A stretch of 62,785 nt of DNA, the filler included, from Octopus bimaculoides (lineage: Eukaryota), in NCBI RefSeq assembly GCF_001194135.2. It is 3 parts of 3 records of this genome, joined end to end, with 100 filler letters (N's around TTAATTAATTAA, not from the genome) between each part and the next. Parts side by side here need not be neighbours in the genome. Positions count along the whole stretch, not along the records: positions 31,425 to 42,232 come from NC_068994.1; positions 42,333 to 62,785 come from NC_068981.1; 1 more part is not named here. One strand, 5' to 3'. The stretch's first letter is position 1; each line of letters opens with the position of its first letter. Below are positions 37,698 through 49,792 of this stretch, one piece after another. The notes beneath the pieces are model-generated. The model searched no databases. It had not been told where the DNA came from and saw only the letters and a program-made list of their open reading frames with translations. The position numbers were made by a program, and so were the translations under genes.

Positions 37698-38247
37698 TTA
37701 TTCTTTTATTGGCCACAAGGGCTAATATAAATATACATAAAAAGACATGCAACAACATAAAAGACAACACAAGAAGACACAAAGGGTTTTATACCATGTG
37801 TAAACAATAAAAAACAATAAAAATTAAATAATAAAATCTCGCAATAGTGGAAGGTGCTTTACAGTTTACTCATGGAAAAACCCACAAAAGTCATGGGTGC
37901 TGGATCAACAGGGCAAGAGCCCTTTTCTTTATATTTTTACAGGTGTATACTCAGAATTGGTCCTTTCACACCAACCATTCTTCCAACATAAACTTGCTAG
38001 AAGGCAACACTCCGTTCTCCACACTCACTCTCCTCTTCAAGTGAAACTTGAACAGGTTGATGAGAGCTTGGCCAAAAAGGAAAGTGTCTGACTTTAGCCT
38101 TTTCAAATGAGTCCACCATACAACCTCTTTTGCTACAGCCACCGGACAAATAAAAAATGCCTGCCCCACCTGGCCAAAGGAGGGTGGTGGCGCAATCATC
38201 ACTTTGGATTCAGCTGATAGCCAGATCTGTCCTTCATGCGACAGCAG
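37697..38247 (-). mobile_element. 5'-truncated Tx1/L1-group LINE (ORF2 C-terminus + 3' UTR) inserted in (AAT)n
   Basis: The minus strand gives ...FFICPVAVAKEVVWWTHLKRLKSDTFLFGQALINLFKFHLKRRVSVE...SKFMLEEW. It is flanked by (aat)n at 37639-37696 and 38248-38278. Confidence 0.65.
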
Positions 38248-38277
38248 ATAATAATAATAACGATAATAATAATAATA

Positions 38278-38652
38278 ATCCTTTCTACTATAAGCACAAA
38301 GCCTGAAATCTTGAGGGAGGGGACTAGTCGATTACATTAATCTCAGTGTTTCACTGGTACTATACTTATTGATCCCAAAAGGAGGAAAGGCAAAATCGAC
38401 CTTGGTGGAATTTGAACTCAGAACATAGTGGCAGATGAAATACTGCTGAGCATTTCATCCATTGTGCTAACGACTCTGCCAGCTCACTGCCTTTATAATA
38501 ATAATGATGACTTCAAATTTTGCTACAAGGGCAGCAATTCAGGGGGAGGGGATGAGTCAATTACATCAACCCCAGTGTTCAACTTATTTTATCGACCCCA
38601 AAGGGATAAAAGGCAAAGTCAATGTTGGTGGAATTTGAACTCAGAATGTAAC
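38278..38652 (-). mobile_element. Two tandem family-C SINEs
   Basis: ggaatttgaactcagaa occurs twice. The tails end in (tta)n. Confidence 0.8.
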
Positions 38653-38840
38653 AGCCATTTTGTAAAGCTATCAACTACTACTAAGTAGTAATAACCATTT
38701 AATGGACCTGCAAAATTGATGTGTAGTTTTGTCCATGGACTTTTTACTTCTGGCCAAGGTTCCCATTTCTGAGAAGGCAATTTTGCTGCCAGAGCACATT
38801 CTCTGCAGCTTTTTACTCCATCTTTGGCCACTACACATAA
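38653..38840 (-). mobile_element. Gypsy LTR-retrotransposon integrase fragment
   Basis: VKSCRECALAAKLPSQKWEPWPEVKSPWTKLHINFAGPLNGYYYLVVVDSFTKW: the CxxC of the zinc-binding domain and the start of the catalytic core. The catalytic D appears as N here. Confidence 0.9.
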
Positions 38841-39884
38841 CGTCACATTTTCTATATGAGTGTGTATGTGTCTCTCAGTGTGTATATGTTTGCATGTTCA
38901 TTACCTACATTAAGCTGATGACTGAGAAGTATATGTGTCTGACTGTATGTGAGGGTGTATATGTGTGTGAATATACATACATTTTTCTGGCAAATCACAG
39001 ACACACACACACATTTTTGTGATGAATGTAGCACAGAACTATACCTCAAATAGCCATGTGATACAACCAGAAAATGCAATTCCTTAAAATTAAGACCATA
39101 ATTTGATCATTTATATCCATAAAGAACAGGAACCTGAAGAGAACAGGTACATTAAGAACAGGAACTTGAAGAGCCAAAGTTAGTTACTGAGGAACTGTGA
39201 AAACGTTGAATTCACATGTTGGATCTGACATTCAGATCTGATTGATGAGACATGTTCCACATCACTTCTCAATGCTCACTACTTCATTCATTGTGGAAAC
39301 AGCGATTTGGCTGTCACACTAGGGCTTTTCAACTGAAGGTGACATATCCTACATATGTGTGGCAAATATACACATTTGAAATCTCAACCAAGAATTGAAA
39401 TGTTTTGTTTTCCTTTCCATTGTTCTCTGGGCTCGCACTCAGAATTTATGGGCGTTATTTTGTCAAATTCCGAATTAGGATAAACTCAGTCCAACCCAGA
39501 CAACTCACTGGATTTCTGTTGTTTATACTGACCTAGATCTAATTTTAGCACAAGTAATAAATACAAGACACTTCTAACAGAATATTCTTTCTTTTCCTCA
39601 GTGATCATCATCAGAGGCAATGTCTGTCTTACTGTCTCTTTATTCAAAGCTATCACAGATGTAGTAGCATCTCTCTCTTATTTTTTTCATCACCCAACTA
39701 CCTATACCAACTAGCTTGTCATCAATGATTTATCATATGAGCCTTATTACTGCCTGACTCCTTTTCCATTAACTTAGGATACTTTCTACAACAACCAGAA
39801 ATTCTCTAACAGACTAACGTTTGTTATCCACTTCTCCAACTCTGATGTTATTAAATCTCGTAATGATTAAGTAAAAACTATTTC

Positions 39885-40332
39885 TACTCTTTTACTCTTT
39901 TACTTGTTTCAGTCATTTGACTGCGGCCATGCTGGAGCACCGCCTTTAGTCGAGCAAATCGACCCCAGGACTTATTCTTTGGAAGCCTAGTACTTATTCT
40001 ATTGGTCTCTTTTGCCGAACCGCTAAGTTACGGGGATGTAAACACACCACCATCGGTTGTCAAGCAATGGTGGGGGGACAAACACAGACACACAAACATA
40101 CACACAGACACACAAACATACACACACACATACATATATACATACATATATATATATATATACATATATACAACAGGCTTCTTTCAGTTTCCGTCTACCA
40201 AATCCACTCACAAGGCTTTGGTCGGCCTGAGGCTATAGTGGAAGACACTTGCCCAAGGTGCCACGCAGTGGGAATGAACTTGGAACCATGTGGTTGGTAA
40301 GCAAGCTACTTACCACACAGCCACTCCTGCGC
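39885..40332 (-). mobile_element. SINE family A, full length, little decayed
   Basis: Near-consensus copy from ttttactcttttacttgtttcagtc to cacacagccactcctgcgcc. Confidence 0.92.
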
Positions 40333-41614
40333 CTACTGTAAGTTTATTTCAAGAATCCTGAAATTACTAACATGCAGTCTTTTACATCGCAGCCTATCTT
40401 CAAATGCAACCTTCACCAAACATCAAACCAAAATGAATTACATCATTTCATTTTCATGACCCCTACATATCACATACAATCATTACAACTAGTGACACCC
40501 AGCACTTCTAATTAACTTACATCTTGGCTGTTATAATTAGTAATCCTTGGCCTACTAATGTTTACACATGAACTACTAGTTGTTATCACAACTTCAGCAA
40601 GAACTAGACAAATGCTGTAATAATATATTATATCTTTATCTTTTTTACTTGTTTCCGTCATAAGACTGCAGTTATGTTGGGGCATTGGTGGAATGGAAAA
40701 AAGAATCTGTAGGAGACTTGAATGAAGCAGTCTCTTAGCAAGAATAATTACACACACACAGATTAAAATAAAAAAATGCAAAATTTTATTGCCATGCATG
40801 CTGTCTCAGTGAGACATGTGCAAAAGAAAACAAAAACCTATAGCAGAAAGTTTACAAACTATAAAATATGAGTGGAATAACAGAGTGAGTATATCAATTG
40901 ATTAATTACACATACATTTGAATGTCTATACAATCATGAGTACAGTTTAATATTCATAGGATTACACATACAATCCAATATTTTCCCAACTATGTGAATT
41001 TTACATGACACATGCGAAAACATGTGTCGTAAAAAAATGCAAAACAATAACAAAACAATTTTCTTCGAACTAACACAGAAAGTGTGAAGAACAAATAGTT
41101 TCAGTTTTTGGAGACCAAAAACGATGGATTGTCAAATAATGTGTAAGTTTAAAATACTACAAAATAACTATGCCTGGAAATAAATCTATAATAAAATATA
41201 AAAAAATGGGAAAGAGAAAAAAACCAACACACCTACACCTATTAATAAAGAACTCTATGTATTCTTGTGACAGTGTCTGAGTTTATAGTTCATCACCATT
41301 CTACATTGTAAATCCATGGTTGTGCTCCAGTTATACTGGTTTTTACACAGAGTGATATACATGACAAGACACATATAACGGTTGATTAGATTAACAAGAT
41401 AACATTGTTTGGTACAAGTTAAGCAATGGTAATGTTGAATTTCTCAACTTATATATACCTGTAAGTTTTGAAAAATGGCTGTGATCAATTCATAAATGCC
41501 AACTGGAATAACTAATGATCATAAATACGTATAGGTATACAAAGAGTCGAATCACAGGAGGGGAGACTGTCTAGAAAAAGTTTAAGGCATTGCTAAAATG
41601 TGCAGATAATCATC

Positions 41615-41800
41615 AAGATCATCATTTAATGTCCATTTTCCATGCTGGCATGGGTTGGACAGTTTGACAAGAGCTAGTCAGCTGGAGAACTGCCTGGACT
41701 CCATGTTTGTTCTGGCATGGTTTCTATTGATGGATGCCCTTCCTAATGCCAATCACTATACAGAGTGTCCTGGGTGCTTTCACATGGTACTGGCACCCAC
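41615..41800 (-). mobile_element. RTE 3'-end fragment (family E)
   Basis: atcatcatttaatgtccattttccatgctggcatgggttgg...tggatgcccttcctaatgccaa. Confidence 0.75.
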
Positions 41801-41929
41801 AAGCCCACAAGATTAGGAACACTCAACAGAAGAGGGATGTAAGGGACATGCCTGTGTGCAAGGTCGACCATGTATTTATTTGGCTTGACATATCTTTCTA
41901 ATCACAACAAACCGCCTGGATAATATTAT

Positions 41930-42232
41930 TCATAATTACAGAGGCATCAAGCTGTTAGATCAGGTTATGAAAGTTACGGAGAGGGTCATAGCCCAACTAA
42001 TTAGGGAGTGAATCAATTCAGATGAGATGCAGTTTGGGTTCGTGCCAGGTAAAAGCACCACTGATGCCATATTTCTAGTGAGACAGCTGCAGGAGAAATA
42101 TCTAGCCAAGGATAAACCTCTGTACCTGGCCTTCGTTGACATGGAGAAAGCCTTTGACAGGGTCCCCCGATCCCTTATCTGGTGGTAATGAGGAAACTTG
42201 GGATAGAAGAATGGTTAGTGAGAGCTGTGCGA
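41930..42232 (+). mobile_element. RTE-clade LINE reverse transcriptase fragment (pseudogenised, cut by the scaffold end)
   Basis: NYRGIKLLDQVMKVTERVIAQLIRE*INSDEMQFGFVPGKSTTDAIFLVRQLQEKYLAKDKPLYLAFVDMEKAFDRVPRSLIWW, covering RT domains 2-3. Confidence 0.92.
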
Positions 42233-42332
42233 NNNNNNNNNNNNNNNNNNNNNNNNNNNNNNNNNNNNNNNNNNNNTTAATTAATTAANNNNNNNNNNNN
42301 NNNNNNNNNNNNNNNNNNNNNNNNNNNNNNNN
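42233..42332. other. Synthetic scaffold-joining linker (44 N + TTAATTAATTAA + 44 N)
   Basis: Same as 31325-31424. Confidence 0.9.
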
Positions 42333-42390
<58 letters not shown>

Positions 42391-42746
42391 ATGTATATAT
42401 ATATATAAAGATATATGTGTATATATATACATATATATATATATATACATGTATATACATGCATATATATACATATATATATATGTGTATATAAGTGTGT
42501 GTGTGTGTATACATATATTTATACACACACACATACATATATATGTACGTAAAATACATATATTAAATATAGATATGTTAGATTTATATACACATAAATT
42601 GATGCATACATGAAAAGAAAGAAATATACATACATATACTTGTAGATATACGCACACACACATGCACATACATCCACATATATATATAGATGCTAGGGTA
42701 TGAACAGAGAAAGAAAGAGACAGATAAATAGGCAGAGATGGCGAAA

Positions 42747-42788
<42 letters not shown>

Positions 42789-43052
42789 CTGAGTGAGAGA
42801 GATGTCTTAAAATCTGTATAAATGCATATGGACATATACGTAAATTAATACATATAACATACATATATATATAGAAATACATGTATATATAATTGTTGAG
42901 GCCTGGGTATGGATGGAGAAGAAAACGAGTCTGAATACGAGTCTGAATAAGAGATGGAGAGAGAGTGTGTGAGTGCGAGATGAAGTGAGAGTTAGAGAGA
43001 AGAGAGAGAGAGAGAGAGAGACATACAGACAGACAGACAGAGAGAGAGACAG

Positions 43053-43099
<47 letters not shown>

Positions 43100-43317
43100 T
43101 GTAAAGTAAGGACACATAAATCAATGACAAAAGTAATTAGGGTAAAGACAATAGAAGACACGGTACAGATATAGGGTAAGAGTAATAATACTGGTGGAGG
43201 TGGCGGCGGCATCGGCAGTGGTGCTAGTGGTGAGGGGCGTTGGCGGTGGTGGTGGTGGTGGCGGTGGTCATGGTAATAGTGGTAGTAGTTGTGATTGTGT
43301 TAATATTAAATGTCGTC

Positions 43318-43751
43318 GAAGGCGGCGAGCTGGCAGAAACGTTAGCACGCCGGTCGAAATGCTTAGCGATATTTCGTCTGCTGCTAGGTCCTGAGTTCAA
43401 ATTTCGCCGAGGTCGTCTTTGCCTTTCATCCTCTCAAGGTCGATTAAATAAGTACCAGTTACGCACTGGAGTCGATATAATCGACTTAATCCATTTGTCT
43501 GTCCTTGTTTGTCCCCTCTGTGTGTAGCACCTTGTGGGCAGTAAAGAAATAAGAAACGTTAGCACACCGGGCGAAATGCTTTGCAGTATTTCGTCTGTTT
43601 TATGTTCTGAGTTCAAATTCCGCCGAGGTGGACTTTGTCTTTCATACTTTCGGAGTCGATAAATTAAGTACCAGTTGTGTACTGGGGATCGATCTAATCG
43701 ACTGACCCAATCCCCAAAAGTTTCGGGCCTTGTGCCTAGAGTAGAAAAGAA
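43318..43751 (+). mobile_element. SINE family C dimer (tail-2 copy followed by tail-1 copy)
   Basis: ...tagcaccttgtgggcagtaaagaaataa|gaaacgttagcacaccggg...gccttgtgcctagagtagaaaagaat. Confidence 0.9.
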
Positions 43752-44573
43752 TCTTAAAGGTGGTGGTAGTGGCAGTTGTGTTATGGCTGTGGTGGTAGTA
43801 GTTATGTTCTGGGGCGTAGTGGGAGTAGTGTTGAAGCTTAGTGTTGAGGTCTGTGAATGTAACAGTATTAAGAGTACTCACACGATGGAGTGGGGGCGGT
43901 GGTAACGGTGGTGATAGTGTTGTCGGTGGTCATCATGATGGTGATAATGGCGTAGTGCTGAGTTGTGATGGTGGAGGTGAGTAGGGGGTGGGGATGATAT
44001 TTGTGGTGGGTGATGAAGCGGTAGCAGGGGTTCGAGTTCACGAATGCATAACTATTAGGCACAATGAAATGGTGTTGGTGTTAATAGTATGGATGGCTGC
44101 TGACAAAAGAAACACTTTACACAGTAACGTTATTTTATAAAGTGTGTTCCAAGAGATAATGGGGCATGGGCGGAAAGAAAGGAAGACCGATAGGAAAGGA
44201 CAACAGGGTGTTTTTGCCCTGGGATGTTATACTTTGTGAACCTGTGGCAGCTCGAGGTGTACGAACAAAATCGAACACACATACGCAAGATGTGTGCGTT
44301 GTTAGATCGTGGGTCGGCTGCGGCTTTTAAGCGTAAGAGATAACATTCTCTATGCGTTTGGTGTAAAAAAAAAAAAACCTGAAAGTAAGTTATAGTCAAG
44401 CGAGACAACTCACATAGGTCCATTTTCGGAGCGACAGACACCAATGCTCCGTTCTTGTGACCTATCAATGACGCATACTTTGTGTTAGCAAACAGTTATT
44501 GTTTTGGCCACGTTACGATGGACATGCATTTTTCCAGAACTTACGCAGTTTCTTCTTCTCTGAACTTGTTCCT

Positions 44574-44606
44574 CTATCCGAGGAAGAGCCGTGCTCGAAA
44601 CATCAT
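44574..44606 (+). ncRNA. Degenerate type-I hammerhead ribozyme motif
   Basis: CCGAGGAA-GAG ccgtg CTC-GAAA-CATC. acat is probably CpG-decayed acgt. Stem I is weak. Confidence 0.45.
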
Positions 44607-44757
44607 TTCTACATCTATTTTTTCTGTCTAAACCTTACACTGAACGTTAATGTAATAGATTTACTGAGTACATTGAATTGACTTTTGCTATATTCTTTTG
44701 TTTTCATTTTGTTCTTGAGTTTGCCTACACACACACACGCACGCATACACACACACA

Positions 44758-44796
<39 letters not shown>

Positions 44797-44821
44797 GAAA
44801 GAGATAGATAGATAGATAGAC

Positions 44822-44880
<59 letters not shown>

Positions 44881-45976
44881 GGGAGGGAGAGAGCGCTGAA
44901 TGGATCAGCGAATAGATCGATTGATAGATCTAATTTTTATATAGATAAAAATTTCTGAACTTTAACTTTATATCTGAATATAATAATTATTATAACGGCA
45001 TACCATTTAGTATATTTAATGGAAAGAAAAACCCTTAATGACCAATTAATCTTAAGAAGAATTTTATTTAATTAAAAAATACAAACAAGTAAAAAAATAT
45101 GAATCAAAAGGAAATGTTATCTATACATAAAAGATAAAACTCATAAGTTTATTATATACTGATAAATATTATGAATAATTTACATATCTTAGATGGAGAA
45201 GCTTGTTATTTATGAATCAATGAACCAATATTAGATTATCACATAGATAGATATTACATTGACAAAACATGAGCCCCTATCTAAAGAATGACGAAGAGAA
45301 GTAGATACAATAGAATTAAAAAGAGACGAGATCAAGGAACTGTATACTAGAATCATAGACTGGGATGGTTTGAAGATATTTAGATAGGAATATTGTCAAA
45401 GAACAGTAAGTTTGAAGAAACAATAGAACGCTTGGTAAAATGCTTTATAATATTCAATTTCGTTCATCTAAGTTCATAATCCGTGCGACTTGACTTCGCC
45501 TTTTATCTATCTGAAGTCGTATAAAATGTTGATGGCGTATAATTGAGCATTTATGCATTGCATTTATCAATTTTATTGCCAGTTATCATATGTATGTATG
45601 TATGTATGCATGTATGCATGTATGTATGTATGTATGTATGTATGTATGTATGTATGTATGTATGCATGCATGTATAGACATACACACATTTATCATCAAT
45701 CCATAACCATGTCTATCCATCCACTCATCTATCTATCTATCTATCTATCTATCTGTATTTAGCCCTGTGCGGCCATAATAAAAAGATATATATATATATA
45801 TATTCAATATATATATTTATATNNNNNNNNNNNNNNNNNNNNNNNNNNNNNNNNNNNNNNNNNNNNNNNNNNNNNNNNNNNNNNNNNNNNNNNNNNNNNN
45901 NNNNNNNNNNNNNNNNNNNNNNNNNNNNNNNNNNNNNNNNNNNNNNNNNNNNNNNNNNNNNNNNNNNNNNNNNNNN

Positions 45977-46009
<33 letters not shown>

Positions 46010-46503
46010 GCTTAACCTTCCGAGTTAAGCTGTTCACGACTGCAGAGTAAATTAAATTGTTTGCAGTTTATATAACGGTGGCGTGACTTTGGGCCATATG
46101 AAGGAGGTGATAAATATCTGTGAAAATTAATTTGTAGATGTTACGATTATATTAGAAAGATATCGTTAAGATGTATTAAGTATGAATAACATGTGTAAGT
46201 ATGGTCAGATTGGGACACACTTTGAATCCACTAATGTTTTGTATTATAGAAAGATTTGACTGTAATTGTGGGAGGAGGGTTAAGTTATTGGGTGTGACCC
46301 TTGTTCTAATTAATATGACAAGACTTAAATGGTTACTCCGAGGACGGCTAAGTTTATGTCATAGTTTATCGTTGTTTCAATGGAAATATTTCTACAATCT
46401 TAAAGTTATTTATTGTTATGGGTGGAATTTGGAGATATACAGCAAAAATGTTTGTAAGTATGCATATATGGAAATACACACACACAACGCAAACACACAC
46501 ACA

Positions 46504-46567
<64 letters not shown>

Positions 46568-46577
46568 NNNNNNNNNN

Positions 46578-46619
<42 letters not shown>

Positions 46620-46804
46620 GAGAATTTACGACAAAAACAACAGACGAAGACAGAGAAAGAAAGTGAGATAGATAGATAAATATATAGTTAGATAGACACA
46701 TATGTATGCATGTATGTATATATACAGAAATACACATGCATACACTATAACCAATCTTTGCTCTATGTAAAATATATATTTTAGTATATTATACAACTCA
46801 TAAT

Positions 46805-47000
46805 GTGGCGCACGGCAGAATCATCAGCTTGCTGGACAAAATGCTTAGCGGCATTTCTCCGCCTTTACGTTCAGAGTTCAAATCCCATCGAGGTTGACTT
46901 TGCTTTATATCTTTTCAGGATCGAAAAATGTTGTACCAATTATGCGCTGGTTTTGATACAATCGACCTAAGCCCTCTCCGAAATTGCTGACCAAATTTTA
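46805..47000 (+). mobile_element. SINE family C, decayed
   Basis: ggcagaatcatcagc...gagttcaaatcccatcgaggttgactttg. Confidence 0.75.
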
Positions 47001-47018
47001 AACCACCATACTGTACTA

Positions 47019-47055
<37 letters not shown>

Positions 47056-48788
47056 TGTTGTGTCTGGGGAGAGTCATTCTCTTTTGGTGACTTATAATTT
47101 AACACACTCACTGGTAAAATGTCCACTTNNNNNNNNNNNNNNNNNNNNNNNNNNNNNNNNNNNNNNNNNNNNNNNNNNNNNNNNNNNNNNNNNNNNNNNN
47201 NNNNNNNNNNNNNNNNNNNNNNNNNNNNNNNNNNNNNNNNNNNNNNNNNNNNNNNNNNNNNNNNNNNNNNNNNNNNNNNNNNNNNNNNNNNNNNNNNNNN
47301 NNNNNNNNNNNNNNNNNNNNNNNNNNNNNNNNNNNNNNNNNNNNNNNNNNNNNNNNNNNNNNNNNNNNNNNNNNNNNNNNNNNNNNNNNNNNNNNNNNNN
47401 NNNNNNNNNNNNNNNNNNNNNNNNNNNNNNNNNNNNNNNNNNNNNNNNNNNNNNNNNNNNNNNNNNNNNNNNNNNNNNNNNNNNNNNNNNNNNNNNNNNN
47501 NNNNNNNNNNNNNNNNNNNNNNNNNNNNNNNNNNNNNNNNNNNNNNNNNNNNNNNNNNNNNNNNNNNNNNNNNNNNNNNNNNNNNNNNNNNNNNNNNNNN
47601 NNNNNNNNNNNNNNNNNNNNNNNNNNNNNNNNNNNNNNNNNNNNNNNNNNNNNNNNNNNNNNNNNNNNNNNNNNNNNNNNNNNNNNNNNNNNNNNNNNNN
47701 NNNNNNNNNNNNNNNNNNNNNNNNNNNNNNNNNNNNNNNNNNNNNNNNNNNNNNNNNNNNNNNNNNNNNNNNNNNNNNNNNNNNNNNNNNNNNNNNNNNN
47801 NNNNNNNNNNNNNNNNNNNNNNNNNNNNNNNNNNNNNNNNNNNNNNNNNNNNNNNNNNNNNNNNNNNNNNNNNNNNNNNNNNNNNNNNNNNNNNNNNNNN
47901 NNNNNNNNNNNNNNNNNNNNNNNNNNNNNNNNNNNNNNNNNNNNNNNNNNNNNNNNNNNNNNNNNNNNNNNNNNNNNNNNNNNNNNNNNNNNNNNNNNNN
48001 NNNNNNNNNNNNNNNNNNNNNNNNNNNNNNNNNNNNNNNNNNNNNNNNNNNNNNNNNNNNNNNNNNNNNNNCATACATACATACATACATACATACATAC
48101 ATGCGTACGTACGTACGTACGTACGTACATACATACATACATGCGTACGTACGTACGTACGTACATACATGCATGCATACATACATACATACATACATAC
48201 ATACATACATACATACATACATACATACATGTATTGTAGGAAACGTCCCATACTTGTAGCAAAGTTTTGAAACCGTGCGTTTGCTCCCAACGAGAGAAAG
48301 AAAAACAGCGAAAATCAACGTTAGTCATAAGACGAGCGAAATATGCTGCTACAGCGACCATCTAACAAATAATAATAGCATGGCCCTATGCAACCTCACG
48401 CAGTGGATACTGGTTCTGCATCTTTTCAGTTCTTGCGTTACAAACTGACGACTACAATATGACAGCAGCAGGTCAAAGTTCAAATGGGGTACATTTCAAC
48501 CTTTATTGAACTCATAGCATATTGCATATGTGTATTCAGTTATCCTCCTGATCTAGTGGTCTTTCGTAGAGTTTTCATAACCAACGTATTTCTGTTCTCG
48601 GACGCTTATGAAGCTACTTTTCAGTGAGTGCTTCAATCTATGAATGTAGTTATCAAACAAATCAATTCATTTCTCAATCAGTCTATACGCGTAATAAGAA
48701 TAACATTGTGCATCTATATATGTATCTGTTTGTCAACAAATTTGCGCTGTAAACTAGATAGCTACACTTTTCTTTGTAAAATAAAATA

Positions 48789-48861
<73 letters not shown>

Positions 48862-49052
48862 NNNNNNNNNNNNNNNNNNNNNNNNNNNNNNNNNNNNNNN
48901 NNNNNNNNNNNNNNNNNNNNNNNNNNNNNNNNNNNNNNNNNNNNNNNNNNNNNNNNNNNNNNNNNNNNNNNNNNNNNNNNNNNNNNNNNNNNNNNNNNNN
49001 NNNNNNNNNNNNNNNNNNNNNNNNNNNNNNNNNNNNNNNNNNNNNNNNNNNN

Positions 49053-49084
<32 letters not shown>

Positions 49085-49086
<2 letters not shown>

Positions 49087-49265
49087 GGAACCATTAATAC
49101 CGGCACACTTTCTTTCTCTCACCATTTCTCACTCTCTCTTTCCATTTTTTCTTGTCATTCTATTCTGTTGAAGACTATAGGCACGAATCATCGATGAATT
49201 TTCCATTTTTCCCGAATATCAAACTATTAAATCTGCTTGTTTCCTCGCCTATCTTTTGTTTTTGT
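49085..49265 (+). mobile_element. Decayed copy of the hammerhead-bearing short element seen at 56046-56241
   Basis: ctgttgaagactataggcacgaatcatc...ttcccgaatatcaaactattaaatctgcttgtt aligns with ctgttgaagatcgtaggatcgaaacgtt...ttcccgagcgttatattaatacatctgtttgtt. It follows (TA)n. Confidence 0.5.
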
Positions 49266-49268
49266 ATA

Positions 49269-49647
49269 TTTGCCTGGCGGGTGTTAACATACAGCTGAGG
49301 ATCAGTGAAAAAGAGAATATCTATGTTGAACTATTGAGAAATCTGCAGTTACTCTATCCAGATTACAAGTTCAGGTTTATACATGTAATTATTGGGGCCC
49401 TGGGATAATTAACACACTACCTATATATCAATCTTGAGAAATTAGGCTTCTCAAAATCAGAAAGGAGAAACCTAATTCGAAGACTAGAGATCCAATCCAT
49501 CACTGGAACTGTAAAAATCTGTAAAACTTTTCAGAAGTTTATCATTCAAATATATATGAGGATGTCTAGATATGCAACTACATTCATGAGTATGCATACA
49601 TAAATCAAAACATACAAATCTGCACATATACATACATACATACATAC

Positions 49648-49690
<43 letters not shown>

Positions 49691-49792
49691 AATACCCTGT
49701 TGCTGATGTTGAAATTCTAATGAAGTAGCCTTGGATCTAGGTTAGAAACCGATTCTTTTTCTATTGGCAAGAAATCTTGAAATAAAACTGAA
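49269..49792 (+). mobile_element. 3' end of the RLE-type LINE family also present at 34112
   Basis: ...VNIQLRISEKENIYVELLRNLQLLYPDYKFRFIHVIIGALG...NLEKLGFSKSERRNLIRRLEIQSITGTVKICKTFQKFII, followed by the 3' UTR. Confidence 0.8.

Noticed and set aside
39575-39700. Strong plus-strand acceptor ttcttttcttttcctcag
   Set aside because: No convincing donor or protein-like frame follows.
40521-40614. Minus-strand exon candidate ICLVLAEVVITTSSSCVNISRPRITNYNSQD with a gtaagt donor
   Set aside because: The acceptor region is a purine-rich SINE tail without a pyrimidine tract, and the peptide is unrecognised.
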